Source: Eledone cirrhosa (taxonomy: Eukaryota). From it: DNA of 64,000 bases. Shown here in pieces: positions 32,974 to 46,198 of this stretch (its first letter is position 1; each line of letters begins with the position of its first letter). The position numbers and the translations under genes are program-made. The notes below the pieces were generated by a model. It ran no database searches, was not told the origin of the DNA, and saw only the letters and a list, made by a program, of their open reading frames with translations. Where the stretch lies: positions 10,912,001 through 10,976,000 of the forward strand of contig OZ024764.1 in assembly GCA_964016885.1 (NCBI GenBank), written 5' to 3'.

Positions 32974-34009
32974 GGAGACTTCTGGTGTCCTTGGCCCTAG
33001 GGCTACCTCCCTACTCACCACCATAGGTGCAGAGCTGGCTACCTGTAGCAGTGGAGACTTCTTGGGTCCTTGGCCCTAGGGCTACCTCCCTACTCACCAC
33101 CATAGGTGCAGCGCTGGCTACTTGTAGCAGTGGAGACTTCTGGTGTCCTCGGCCCTAGGGCTACCTCCCTACTCACCACCATAGGTGCAGAGTTGGCTAC
33201 CTGTAGCAGTGGAGACTTCTGGTGTCCTTGGCCCTAGGGCTACCTCCCTACTCACCACCATAGGTGCAGAGCTGGCTACCTGTAGCAGTGGAGACTTCTG
33301 GTGTCCTTGGCCCTAGGGCTACCTCCCTACTCACCACCATAGGTGCAGAGCTGGCTACCTGTAGCAGTGGAGACTTCTGGTGTCCTTGGCCCTAGGGCTA
33401 CCTCCCTACTCACCACCATAGGTGCAGAGCTGGCTACCTGTAGCAGTGGAGACTTCTTGGGTCCTTGGCCCTAGGGCTACCTCCCTACTCACCACCATAG
33501 GTGCAGAGCTGGCTACCTGTAGCAGTGGAGACTTCTTGGGTCCTTGGCCCTTGGGCTACCTCCCTACTCACCACCATAGGTGCAGAGCTGGCTACCTGTA
33601 GCAGTGGAGACTTCTTGGGTCCTTGGCCCTTGGGCTACCTCCCTACTCACCACCATAGGTGCAGCGCTGGCTACCTGTAGCAGTGGAGACTTCTGGTGTC
33701 CTCTGCCCGAGGGCTACCTCCCTACTCACCACCATAGGTGCTGAGCTGGCTACCTGTAGCAGTGGAGACTTCTGGTGTCCTCTGCCCTAGGGCTACCTCC
33801 CTACTCACCACCATAGGTGCAGAGCTGGCTACCTGTAGCAGTGGAGACTTCTGGTGTCCTCGGCCCTAGGGCTACCTCCCTATTAACCACCATAGGTGCA
33901 GAGTTGGCTACCTGTAGCAGTGGAGACTTCTGGTGTCCTTGGCCCTAGGGCTACCACCTACTCACCACCATAGGTGCAGAGCTGGCTACCTGTAGAAGTA
34001 GAGACTTCT
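32974..34009 (+). repeat. 79-bp minisatellite, ~13 copies
   Basis: ggagactt recurs at 32974, 33053 etc.; unit reads PLALETSGVLGPRATSLLTTIGAELA, like a restriction-like endonuclease segment. Confidence 0.93.
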
Positions 34010-35194
34010 TATCATCGGCGGGATTTGAACTCGGAGCACAGGAATTCAGAACAAATACCGCAAGGCACTCAGACATTTTAATGACTTTGTATTTATCTAT
34101 GTGTGTCTGCAAGAGATGTGTATGTATGTGTATATGTGTCACTGCCAGAGATGTGTGTGTGTGTGTATTTATGTATCTGTTTATGTGTAACTACGTGGAC
34201 TGGAGCAATGTGAAATGAAGTGTCTTGCTCAAGAACACTAACGCGGTGAGAGGGAAATATTTGGCTGCTATTTCTAGCATGATGGGAAATAAACCTAATG
34301 TCACTTTCGTGTCGAATATTTACAACTGATTTTCTTGTTTACTTTTATAAATAGTATATTTTCTTCAAAATATTTATTCGGGGAGTTATCATAGTGGTTG
34401 GGGGAGCCGGCTGGCTTAGGACAGACCCCAGCAGACTTGTATATAAAAGTTCTTCAGGCCATGTACAACAAAGTAGTTGGAAGGGTTAACATGATCTGGG
34501 TCCTATTTCTAGCAGACTGAATGACAGACCTCACACATATACATAAACATATATACGTACGTGTGTGTATAATTGGTAGGTGTGGGTCACAGAGATGGGA
34601 ACGTGGCCTCCTCAAACAAGGCTGGAGGGATGGATGTTTTACTTAAACTGTTGGAAGGCTACATTTTATGGAAAGACATGAACAGAGAGCTCTATGGAGC
34701 TGACATTATTGGCAAGAAGGTCTGGCTGTAGTAATTAGTATGTGGCCTGAGAGATGGGACGAAAGTGTCTTAATGGAGGGGACATGATACCAGCAAAGTC
34801 CTAGAAGTAGAGACCAGTAAATGAGATACAGTCCTAGCTATGTTAAGAATATATATAACAAACATGTTCTATACATTTAAGAAGACAAATAAATATTTAC
34901 CTATTTCGTGTACGTAATATGCCGGTCTTATAAAACTAATTATGCAACCGGTGTAACAGTCTGTACTAATGAAACATGTAGTAATAAAAGTTGCAATTAA
35001 CACATAAATAAAAATACAGTAGTTTAATATTACCAACATTAAATATTTAATGGAATTAAGTGGAATTTATTAAGAAATAAGACAGTAAAATAGTGAAATA
35101 TTCACATAAAAGACAGATTAGTAAAGAAAATGTAGTCATATAAAATTTGCTTTATCTTTATAAAGCCTATTTTCGGCGAATTTTCCTTGCACCT

Positions 35195-35275
35195 ACTATG
35201 GCTGATTTGGTAGCAGCTCGGCTTACTAATCTCAAGGCTGTGTCATTACATGGTTCGAATCTCACACTCTCCTCT
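35195..35275 (+). other. tRNA-like Pol III head (SINE or tRNA pseudogene)
   Basis: A-box tggctgatttgg and B-box ggttcgaatc; no intact cloverleaf. Confidence 0.4.
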
Positions 35276-36309
35276 ATAAGGCTGCTGGAGTTATCTCTTC
35301 CTCTTTTTATTTAGTTTCGTTCTTTACTGTAAGAGGTCGCGTCGAGCAGTTATTCTTGTGGACGAATGGTTAACAGCTCGGCTTACTAACATTAGCATTA
35401 CGGCGTTACATTGTTTCTTTTACTCTATCTACCTCTTAATTCTTACTCTCTCCTTACTTCTACTCTATTGAGAGAGAAAGAGTATAAGATATACATAGAG
35501 AGAGAGAGAGGTGGTGTATCGTCGATGTTAACGATGAGAAAAGCTAATAAAACATTATAAATGGGTTTATAAAGAACATAATGAGATAAACAAGACAAAG
35601 TTAGATAAAATAAAGCAGTTTTAAGGACATTAAACGACATATTTATAATATTTTAATATATTTTTCTTGGCCGTCTGCTGCCATTGATAAAGAGGGGAAT
35701 GGTGGGAGTTAGCCATAACAACTGTGGTAGCAGCACCGAGGTTTGTTTTTAAAAGAAGTGAATACTAGACAGACAAGCAACAAATTTCTTATTGAAATTA
35801 GTTGAAACAAACATTTTAAGAATATTAAAGCTCTTTATTTAATTAATTTATTTCTAAGATAATATTTAATAATTAATTTGGAAAAATCCCACCTGCCTTG
35901 TTAATGGCATCTCGTAACACGACTCACTATTTAGCCACAATAAATGGATATATGTGTGCGTGTATATATATATATATATATATATGAGTGAGTTTCTTGG
36001 TCAACATCCAAGTCAGGGACCCGTACAGTAGCAGACTCCACTGTAACAACGAAGAGACGGTCTTTACGAAGGTCCAACTTCCACACCGATCTCAAACTGT
36101 GGCACTGCCCTTCCTCTTAACATCATCCTCTGTTTCCAATCTTTGCTCCCAGATACAGGAAGTCCTCAACCAATTCTAGCGGCTTCCTGCCTACATTCAT
36201 AATCTTTTCTGGCTTCTTAATATTCTATACCAGATACTTCGTCTGAATCTCATTCATTATCAGCCCCACACTCATCGACACAGTCTCCACCTCCTGCATC
36301 AACTCCTCT

Positions 36310-36541
36310 ACTGAGGTTAGCTGGACATGCTCACCGATATTCACAGTTCACACTGCACTCAGTACTCCTGTTGGAGCCCCTGCACGGACACACTAGAAGA
36401 GGGAGACCGAGGTTAACATATGTTGATACCCTAAGGACAGACACTGGTCTCTTGGAGACTCGGGACATGGCAGTGATGATGAGGGACAGAGACCACTGGA
36501 GAGAACTCGTCCATGGATCTCGGGAATTTTACCCACCCTAG
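36310..36541 (+). mobile_element. RTE LINE 3' end; an inverted RTE piece precedes it at ~35990-36305
   Basis: Same family as 21578-21880; upstream minus-strand LLLYGSLTW-type motif. Confidence 0.75.
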
Positions 36542-37222
36542 ATATATATAGATATATATACGAGAAGATAAATAAAATTTCATTTATGTAGACTGTTACA
36601 TAATTGTACACAATAAATTTTTTTCTGGTACGATATATATATATATGTACATAGATATATATTTTTCCATAGAGCAAGGGTAAAGGTACTGAGTGCAGAG
36701 GGGAGGTTGCCATGTCCTTGACACAACTGAGGTTCCCCTCAACCCTTTGGAAAGCTTTCTGGGGCTAGATGCTCTTCCTATTACCAACCACTTTACAGCA
36801 TGAGCTGTGTGTGCTTATTGTGTAGATAATCAAACACTAGCAAGGCTGTCACATAGGGCTCTCATATTTTATGGCAGCTTATTTAAACTGGCCAGATCCG
36901 GCCAGAATTCTCTCACCTCTTTGTGTTCAAAATGGCTGTAACTGGCTGCTCATACTTATGTTAAGATAGTGTTCTCCAAAATAAATAACATGAAAATCTC
37001 ATAGATTCAATATTATGTAAGATAAAGTCTTTACCACAAAAATAAAATAGTAAATATAGAGTAATGTAAATGTTATGAGATGTTATGTGAGGTGAAGCCT
37101 TTACTGTGAAAATACAATAGTATATAAAGGGTTAAAGAGCTGGAGGCCTTTGAACCTTAGGCTATTGCAGTATCTGGTCTTTAGTTGTGGTGGTGCTTCT
37201 TTCTTGTGTAAATTTGTGTTAA

Positions 37223-37736
37223 CCCTTTAGCATTTAAACCGGCTGTATCTGGTCAGAATTCTCCCACCTCTTTCTGTTCAAACCAGCTGCTCATACTGAT
37301 GTTATGGTAGTGTTCACAACATATATAATCTTAAAATCTCATAGATTCGATATTATATGAGATAATTATGTGAGTTAAAGCCTTTACCATGAAAATATCA
37401 TCCTGATCATTGTTTAACGTCCATCTGCCACACGAGCATGGGTTAGACGAGGAATTGTCCCATTTGAGGCAAGATTGATCGGGTGATCATGTCTCGCTTG
37501 TATAGGACTGTATCTGGCAGGTTTACTACGGCTAGATGCCCTTCCTAACCACATTTACAGTGTGGACTGGGAGCCTTTTTACACAACCCCTTCACAGCAT
37601 GGACTGGGTGTTTTTTTGTCGCGACACCTATAATAGTATATATAGAGTAATGTAAATGTTATGAGATATTATGTGAGGTAAAGCCTTTACTGTGAAAATA
37701 CAATAGTATATATAGAGTAATGTAAATGTTAAAGGG
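37223..37736 (-). mobile_element. TTAA MITE copy with nested SINE-tail insertion
   Basis: TTAA-ccctttagcattta ... aaaggg-TTAA. Confidence 0.75.
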
Positions 37737-37868
37737 TTAAGAGATCAGAGGATGATTTACAAAAGTTCCAAAGTGATACAGTTCCTCTTCAATATCAATA
37801 TATATATGTGTACAGTTAATTTATAATTTTGAGAGGATCATTTATGACAGGATATGTGGATATGGCTT

Positions 37869-38891
37869 CTACCCTTTGTGTGTGTCATAGTGCTTAGTCA
37901 AATGATTATTTTGAGAAAATGATACACCACAGATATCACAGTGATATGCTCTCTCTCTTGTATGAATAAGCCTGTGGGTTGTTAAGTTATGATTTTGAGA
38001 GAAGGATTTACCACAGATATCACAAGGAAATGGTTTGTCTCCTGTATGAATACGTTTGTGAGAAATTAACACATTTTGAGAGAAAGATTTCCCACAGATA
38101 TCGCAGTGATATGGTTTTTCTCCTGTATGAATGCGTTTGTGCTTAGTTAAATTATTTCCATGAGAGAATGATTCACCACAGATGTCACAGTGATACGGCT
38201 TCTCTCCTGTGTGAATACGTTTGTGTTTGTTTAAGCTATTCCCATGAGAGAAGGATTCACCACAGATAACACATTGATATGGTTTCTCGCGTGTATGAAT
38301 GCGCCTGTGAGTTGTTAAGTCACAATTTTGAGAAAAGGATTTACCACAGATATCACAGTGATATGGTTTGTCCCCTGTATGAGTGCGTTTGTGAGAAATT
38401 AACACATTTTGAGAGAATGATTTACCACAGATATCGCAGTGATATGGTTTCTCACCTGTATGAATGCGTTTGTGTTTCGTTAAATTATTTCCATGAGAAA
38501 ATGATTTACCACAGACGTCACAATGAAATGGCTTCTCTCCTGTGTGAGTACGTTTGTGAGTTGTTAATGTATTGTTTTGAGAGAATGATTCACCACAGAT
38601 ATCACAGTGATATGGTTTCTCTCCTGTATGAGTACGCTTGTGAGTTGTTAAGTCACAACTATGAGAGAAAGATTTGCCACAGATACCACAGTGATATGGT
38701 TTTTCTCCTGTATGAATGCGTTTGTGAGAAATTAACTCATCGCTTCGATGGAATGGTTTATCACAGATATCACAGTGATATGGCTTCTCTCCTGTATGAA
38801 TACGTTTGTGAGTAGTTAGGTTACCTTTCAGAGTGAATGATTTACCACAGACATCACAGTTGTAGGAGGATTTTCCTAATTCTTTTGCCAT
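37869..38891 (-). CDS. C2H2 zinc-finger protein, 12 tandem fingers, 340 aa
   Basis: CxxC..HxxxH repeats with TGEKPY linkers; uninterrupted ORF; an upstream coding exon cannot be excluded. Confidence 0.93.
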   Translation of the reverse strand: MAKELGKSSYNCDVCGKSFTLKGNLTTHKRIHTGEKPYHCDICDKPFHRSDELISHKRIHTGEKPYHCGICGKSFSHSCDLTTHKRTHTGEKPYHCDICGESFSQNNTLTTHKRTHTGEKPFHCDVCGKSFSHGNNLTKHKRIHTGEKPYHCDICGKSFSQNVLISHKRTHTGDKPYHCDICGKSFSQNCDLTTHRRIHTREKPYQCVICGESFSHGNSLNKHKRIHTGEKPYHCDICGESFSHGNNLTKHKRIHTGEKPYHCDICGKSFSQNVLISHKRIHTGDKPFPCDICGKSFSQNHNLTTHRLIHTRERAYHCDICGVSFSQNNHLTKHYDTHKG

Positions 38892-39324
38892 ATCTTCAGC
38901 AAAAAATTAATCCATTAAATTTTAGAAGTTTGCCAAATCATTTAGTTCTGGTTCAGTCTCACTGCCAGGTCACCTTCAGCAGGCACCAACTATATCCTTG
39001 GACTAAACAATGCCTTGTGATTAATTTTGGTAGATAGGTACACTGTGGAAGCCTGCCATTTGTATGTATGTATGTTTGTCAATGGATCATCATCATACAT
39101 CCATTGTTCCACGCTTGCACGAGTTGGACAGATCTTTCTCAGTACAGCATCTCTCTACTTTTCATAATTTATTCGTAGCCAATATTATTTCAGCTGTATT
39201 TCCATCAACTGTGATCACAGTCAATACCTGAAGATGGTGCCCACGCCTTTGGTAGTTTACTTAGAATTCAGAATCGTCTTGTTGTACACACTCCAGACAG
39301 TAAAGTAGAGGAATGTCACTAATA

Positions 39325-39590
39325 GTCTTGGATCAAATGAAATATTTCACACACTCCAGATGTGAATAGTCAGACCAGATCAAATGAAAATATTTGGATC
39401 AAATGAAATATTTCTCACACTCCAGATGTTTTGAATAGTCCCAGACCAAATCAAATGAAATATTTCACACACTCCAGATCAAATGAAATATTTCACACGC
39501 TCCAGATGTGAATAGTCAGACCAGATCAAATGAAAATATTTCACATACTCCAGACATTGAAAATAATCCCAGATCAAAAGACATATTCCA
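39325..39590. repeat. Irregular tandem repeat of gatcaaatgaaatatttcacacactccaga
   Basis: About five imperfect copies visible. Confidence 0.75.
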
Positions 39591-39913
39591 CAGTAAATTC
39601 AGTGATGTTTTTTTTATATATATATAAACAGGTTTAATATGTGTGTTCGGTATAACATCTTCCTTCAGACTTTGAAAGATAACTACTGATGGTGTCAGTT
39701 TCTGATGTAAAGAATATTGTAATTCCAATATTGTCTGATATTCTGGAATAATAGAGAAACAGTTATAAGATATACAGAATATTTAAAGGGAAACAGATTC
39801 AACAGTAGAAACTTTACAAAATTTTTATATTGCAAGACATAGTCATCTGACCTGGATTTGTCTCAAATAGGACAACCCATCGAACCTATGCTAGCATGAA
39901 AAATGGACGTTAA

Positions 39914-40119
39914 CCCTTTAGCATTTACATTACTTTATATTTACTATATTTTCACAGTAAAGTCTTTACCTCACATAATATCGAATCTATGAGATTTTGA
40001 TATTATGTTGAGAACAATACCTTAACATCTGTATGAGATGCAAGTTATGGCTGGTTTGAACAGAAAGAGGTGAGAAAATTCTGGCCTGACCGGATATAGC
40101 TGATTTAACAGTTAAAGAG
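39914..40119 (+). mobile_element. Unexpanded 206-bp TTAA MITE (single internal unit)
   Basis: TTAA both sides, CCCTTTAGCATTTA terminus, one copy of the satellite unit. Confidence 0.8.
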
Positions 40120-40499
40120 TTAAACAATGATGATGATGAAGATATAAACTTTATATGAACAACTGAACTAATCCAATTCGTCTCTAATTTATATATATAT
40201 TAAAATAACAGATTAGAGTTTAAGCAAAGAATCGCTGCTTTCACCCTTAACGGGATCTTCAAATTTATTATTACTATTATTGTATATAAATGTAGAATTA
40301 ATATCGATGTATGACAAACAAGATCAAAACCTATTCCAAGTTTATATGGTAGAAATAACAGCAAATACTGCCAAAACAAGATATTGAATTGATGTTTAAA
40401 AGTACAAAACTCCATTTTAATGTTGATATTCCAATTCAATTCAATCCAGGGCCTTATCACTCCTAGCGGAGGACCCTCTCCCTGATTGACCTCCACCGT

Positions 40500-40727
40500 T
40501 TTCTGTTAGGGTGTTGGTCATGCCAGGAATGTAGCTGTGGTCACCACGCTTGGCCAATTGCGGGTTGGTGAGGCTATTTAACCCATAGCTGGGTAAACTC
40601 ATTTCTACAGCTGAGTGAACTGGATCATCATCAAATAAAGTGTCTTGCTCAAGAATGCAACACAAAGCCGAGAATCGTACTCACAACCTCGGGGTTGTAA
40701 GCCCGACGCTCTAACCACTAAGCCATG
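40500..40727 (-). mobile_element. tRNA-derived SINE with V-domain-like core
   Basis: Minus: tggcttagtggttagagc..cttgagcaagacacttt..cactcagctgtagaaatgag. Confidence 0.7.
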
Positions 40728-40894
40728 TTGAAATTAAGATGTGGGGAATAACAAAAACTGGAATTGGGCGTGTCGAAAGGAAAACGAAACAAATTATTAA
40801 AGCAATGTCGTTACTTTCGTAAAAAATTCTTGTTTGTTTCTTTCAGCTTCTCCTGTCTAATTGAGCATATAAAAAAAAATGACCAGATGAATGT

Positions 40895-40933
<39 letters not shown>

Positions 40934-40936
<3 letters not shown>

Positions 40937-41051
40937 CCAGAGCTCAGCCGTCGGGGTCCAGGCTCTTTTGCTATTACCCACTCTACTACCCTAAGCATCG
41001 AGTACTCTGGTACGTTTTGGTCCGCCTGGTTTATTACCACACTTTCTTTGT
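40934..41051 (+). mobile_element. Family F copy, truncated
   Basis: gagctcagccgtcggggtcc..accacactttctttgt(TA)n. Confidence 0.75.
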
Positions 41052-41452
41052 TATATATATATATATATAGATATAGATTAATACAACGTGTTAGGGGGAG
41101 GGAAATCGTTTGCGAAAAGGGTGGATGTCAGATATTGAAAACAAAAGAAAAACTTAGAAAAGAAAAGACATTCCTCGGGGGGAAAATGTCAATTGCGAAC
41201 TTGTCGAGGGTCGGATTAGTTGAAAACAGGAGATAAACGGTTTCTAAGTGAACCCAAGCGAGTGCTTTTCTATAAATTTACCCATATATATATATATATA
41301 TAGTGACTATATATATTTTATAATAATATAGATGTATAATATGTTTATAGAAATTATATTTTAAAATATAGATAATACATATTTATGGTGGCTATATATA
41401 TATATATCTATATTACAATATAGATGTATATATATATCTATATTACAATATA

Positions 41453-41487
<35 letters not shown>

Positions 41488-42608
41488 CAATAATATAGAT
41501 GTATAATACGTATTTACAGTGGCTATATATATATTACGATATAGATGTATATTTACACATATTTATAGACTATTTATATATTTTACAATAATATAGATGT
41601 ATAATATACACATATTTATAGACTATATATATTTGACAATAGTATATATAAATATATATATATATATATATAATACTTACATTTTTATAGACTTGACGGG
41701 GAAAATGTCACAATGTTGATGGATGCAGGAGAATTCATACGGCATTTTTGAAAGAAGCGTATACATTACAACGGAAACGTTGGTTGACATTCCTCAAGAA
41801 TGTTGTCTATATTTATTTCAATCGTCAATTACCAATCATTAATAATTAATTCAATCTTCTAAATATTAATCGTAAACTGGAACCGATCAGGTATTGAAAT
41901 AATGGCAGATGTCAGGGGAGGTAAATCTCGCTAGCCTAAGGAAACACTCTCTCTCGGAGTAGAGAAACATGCCCTTTTTGTGTTTTCTTCTCTATATACT
42001 GTATTATGAAGAGCACGCTACTTATACGTTGAGCTCATTAAATTACAGGGGACTAGCACGAGTCTTTAACTCCGTTTTTTCATATATATATCGTTATACT
42101 TTGGGAGGGTCATGTTGCCAATATCTTATTGGCAACATGACCCTCCCAAAGTATAACAATATCGGTTTCAACACACGTTTTCAGATAAAGAATCTTGCTC
42201 AACAAATTCAGAAACGAAATATATATATATATATCATTGTGCTTTTATGTACGGTCTCGTGTTCAAGCAAGTACTCGGGAGAGGTGGTCATGCATTTGAC
42301 ACAACTGAGTGTCCTCACGACTCCATGTTTGTTTGCTTGGCAAGCTTTAGCTTTCAATGGCTGGACGCCCTTCCTATCACCAACCACTTCACGGGGAATG
42401 GTGGAGTGCAGCTGCCAGGAATATATAATTGCAACCTTTATATATTATTATTAAAAATATATATATATACATGTGTGTATGTATATAAATGTATTTATAT
42501 ATGTTTGTGTATAACTCAACAGATATGTGTCTGATACAACCTTAGAGTTACTTCATGTCTAACTTAATAGCACCACCTGGCGAATATATATATATATATA
42601 TATAGTCC

Positions 42609-42645
42609 AAGCTGAAGATCTGCATAAAGTGAAACAATTGTTCTC
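42609..42645 (+). ncRNA. Minimal hammerhead motif
   Basis: ag-CTGAAGA-t ct gcataa ag t-GAAA-caattg-TT/ct; palindromic ACAATTGT; helices I and II short. Confidence 0.5.
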
Positions 42646-42886
42646 AGTATTGTGAACTAACTGTTGTGTTACTACTTCTATATATATATATCTCTCTCTA
42701 TATATATATATATGTTTGACTCTAATGCACTGAAGTGTTTTTATCTTATATATATATATATATATTCGCCAGATGGTGCTATTAAGTTAGACATGGCCTG
42801 GGCCAATACTGGCCAAAACCTATTAAAGTGTTATATATATATATATATATGTGTGTGTGCGTGTGTATCAAATTTAATATAGAAAT

Positions 42887-42967
42887 AGCTTCTACAGGAC
42901 TAGAACTGTTTCATTCAAAAGAAATCATCAGGTTTTTCCTGATGATTTCTTTTGAATGAAACAGTTC
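42887..42967 (-). ncRNA. Family E hammerhead core in a fold-back
   Basis: Minus: c-CTGATGA-t ttc tttt gaa t-GAAA-cag ttctagtc ctg-TA/gaagct; inversion point just 5' of the core. Confidence 0.65.
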
Positions 42968-43421
42968 ACATCCATAGTATCGGAACTGTGATCTCTGAAT
43001 GTGAGGAAAATAGGGGCTGTTCCTGATGCCCAAGCAATATCTCCATTTCAGCCACTTATATTCTTTCAGCTATTACACAAGATTTGTGACTAGGTATGGA
43101 TTTTACACCTACCTCCCTTCGTCTGAGACTGAGTGCCGAAGCTTAGATAAATATTAATACTTTAACCCTTTAGCATTTAAACTAGCTGTGGGTGGCTTAG
43201 TGGTTTGGTGATTGGATTCACTATCATGAGGGATAAGATTTGTCCTGATGAACCTTCGGCTTAGAACAGACTTTAACCCTTTAGCATTTGAACCAGCTGT
43301 ATCTGGCCACAATTCTCTCACCCCTTTCTGTTCAAACTGGCTGTAACCAGCCACTCATACTGATGTTAAGAAAGTGTTCTGAGACTGAGTGCCGAAGCTT
43401 AGATAAATATTAATACTTTAA

Positions 43422-43754
43422 CCCTTTAGCATTTAAACTAGCTGTATCTGGCCACAATTTTCTCACCTCTTTCAGTTCAAACTGGTTGTAACCAGCCACT
43501 CATACTGATGTTAAGATATTGTTCTCAATATAAATAATATAGATTCGATGTTAAGTGAGATGATTATGTAAGGTAAAGCCTTTACCGTGAAAACAATAGT
43601 ATATATAGAGTAATGTAAATATTATGTGAGGTAAAGCCTTTACTGTGAAAATACAATAGTATATATAGAGTAATGTAAATGTTATGTGAGATATTATGTA
43701 AGGTAAAGCCTTTACTATGAAAATACAATATAGAGTAATGTAAATGCTAAAGGG
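43422..43754 (-). mobile_element. TTAA MITE with ~3 internal units
   Basis: TTAA-ccctttagcattta ... taaatgctaaaggg-TTAA. Confidence 0.85.
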
Positions 43755-43854
43755 TTAAAATGAAAAGTTATGAAAGAATCTTGGGTGGTTTGGTACCTTG
43801 TTATCCTTTAGTTTAACTCTTCTTCACTGCATGATAACTTCTAATAATCTAGTA

Positions 43855-44312
43855 TTTCGTATGGAGCAATGATAAATCACATAGCTTCACGAAGTGCGAT
43901 GCTGCATGGTAGTGAAACATGGGCAGTGACTGCAGAGTACATGTGTAGACTAGAGAAAAATGAAGCAACCATGCTTTGTTGGTTGGATGTGCAATGTAAG
44001 TGTGAAAGAAAGGCAGAGCTTGGACAAGTTGAGAGAGAAGCTGGAATCCAAAGTGGTGTGCAGGAAAGAAGACTGTTTGTATGGTCATGTGATGCATACG
44101 GACGATGATCTCTGGGTGAAGAAGTACCAGAAGAAGGAAATCACAGTAGAGGTAAACGAAGGAAGACCTGGGCAGAGATGGTGAGAACTGATCTCAAATT
44201 GCTGAAACTCACAGAGGAGATGATGAGATAACACGATGTGTGGAAAGATGCTGAGTCGAGAATGATCCTTGCAAGCGTGGAAAAATGGACGTATAAATGA
44301 TGATGATGATGT
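43855..44312 (+). mobile_element. RTE LINE 3' fragment, second family, with (TGA)n tail
   Basis: RSAMLHGSETWAV..RLEKNEATML..LYGHVM..GRPGQRW; related pieces at ~54225-54493 and ~57733-57950. Confidence 0.8.
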
Positions 44313-45059
44313 CCAAGCAAGTTTGTAAGTTCTACAAATTATAGTTTTGTCAGTAGAGATTGTCTCACAACAGGACAACTTGTCTAACCCATGCTAGCAT
44401 GGAAAATGATGATGATGATGAAATGTTGATTAAAATATAAATGACTGAACAATAATTTAAAAGGTGGTACATAAATTCAGTTTATTGTTATACAAAATAT
44501 TCAGTAGTAAAAAAAAAAACAACTGAACAATATATATATATATGACATTAAGTAACAAAGGAAAAAGGAGGGTGAATTTAGCAATAAAAGAAACGAAGAA
44601 GGCGAGGGACTGACAAGCTTTATATCGAGCATGGGTAACCTTTTTCGAGCAGTGAGCCATATAAGATGTGGCTCATCATAAGGTGGGCTAGGATTTAGAC
44701 CCATGGCACTTCAGGTTTGCGGGGCCCCTCATACACAAAAAGTTAGAATACAAAGCAAACCTGCCCTGCAATTTTACATATCAAAGTTAGCTTGGCACAA
44801 GTAATTGGATTGAAATGTTATATTTACAGGTATTAAATTCAAAAATTCTAACCATCCTAAAACTAAAAAAACCCAGCTGAGGGCACAAATAAATTGCTAC
44901 AGCCATCGTTTGTGGGGCCTGCCTCGGGGGCAATTTCTCCCATTAAATCTGGCCCTGTATGTACCTGTAACTGCAAGGGGATGCACGGCAATTGCCCTCA
45001 TTAAATCCAGCCCACCACGGGCCATACTACTAAACAATTCAAGACTGTTTTGAAATTAG

Positions 45060-45385
45060 GCAAAGCCAAACAGGTGCCAGTTTGTCCTAGGGTTTCAGCT
45101 GTGTCCTACAAAGGGCAAGGATATTGCTGCAACGGTCACCCCAGCTCGTGGGGCTCCTTCCCCTCAGGCAGGTTGCTGTCTTTCCGATTTTATGAAAGAA
45201 ATCGGCAGTGTGGGGACCGAGGTCAGCCAAAGTCTTGACAATGACTGGGGCAAAAAGGAAGCAGTCGATCAAGTCTCGCGGTATTTCGTTATCTTGCTCT
45301 CCTCTGCATTGTGGGCAGTGACAATGCCCAGGTTTCTGACCAGAGCGACATGGCTGGAGGCAAGGAATAAGTCGCATCCAAGATT
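45060..45385 (-). mobile_element. Restriction-like endonuclease fragment of a CRE/R2-type non-LTR retrotransposon
   Basis: WDAT..; FLFAPVIVKTLADLGPHTADFFHKIG matches the F.P.A.ET.G..G...L..IG pattern. Confidence 0.5.
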
Positions 45386-46198
45386 AGAGATTTACCTATC
45401 AGTTTTATTTAAACTTCAGGGTGTAAATAATAGTCAGGCAGAGAGTTAAGGTTAGAGCTCAGCTGAAATAACGCAAGGTTTAAAAAATGTGGAGGTTTCT
45501 TGTATAACAAACACAACCGGCGCATACCAACATGTAAAATGGAGATTTTAAAAATTGATAGCAGGGATGATAAACAAATATATTTCAAGACAAAAGTCAT
45601 GTTAATACTAGTAAATTCCTATTTCAAAATGACAAGCATCCAGCCCAAACTGTTAGGGGGTCGTTCTGGTGCCAAGATAAAAAACATCCAGTCCATAGTG
45701 TTAGGGGGCATTCTGGTGCCGAGATGACTAGCATCCAGTCCATGGTGTTAGGGGGTTGTTCCGGTGCCAAGATGAAAAGCATCCATCCAGTGGTTATTTT
45801 GGCGCCATAAGGAAAAACACCTAATCTACCCTGTAAAGTGGTGGTGCCATAATGGGGAGCACACAGATCTATCATGTTAGATGAGTGTTCTGGTGCCATG
45901 ATGAAAAGCACCCAGTCCACGGTTAAGTGGTCTTTCTGGTACCACAATGAAAAGCACCTAGTCCACCCTGTAAAGTGGAAATGCTGGTGACACCAGAAAA
46001 GCATCCAGTATACATTGTAATATGGTTGATGTTAGGAAGAGAATACAGCCATAGCTATCAAGCTAAAACCAGATGAGACATGGTCACCAGACCTGACCTG
46101 GCTAACCTCACAGCATGACAACCTATCTAACCCATGCCAGCATGGAAAATAGGAGTAAAACAGTGACAATGGTGATCGTCATCGTAATGATATGACTT

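Noticed and set aside
32974-34009. CRISPR-like appearance of the 79-, 73-, 72- and 61-bp arrays
   Set aside because: Head-to-tail repeats with no unique spacers, no cas genes, eukaryotic context
35195-35400. Functional tRNA gene
   Set aside because: A/B boxes present but acceptor stem and cloverleaf do not close; more likely a SINE head
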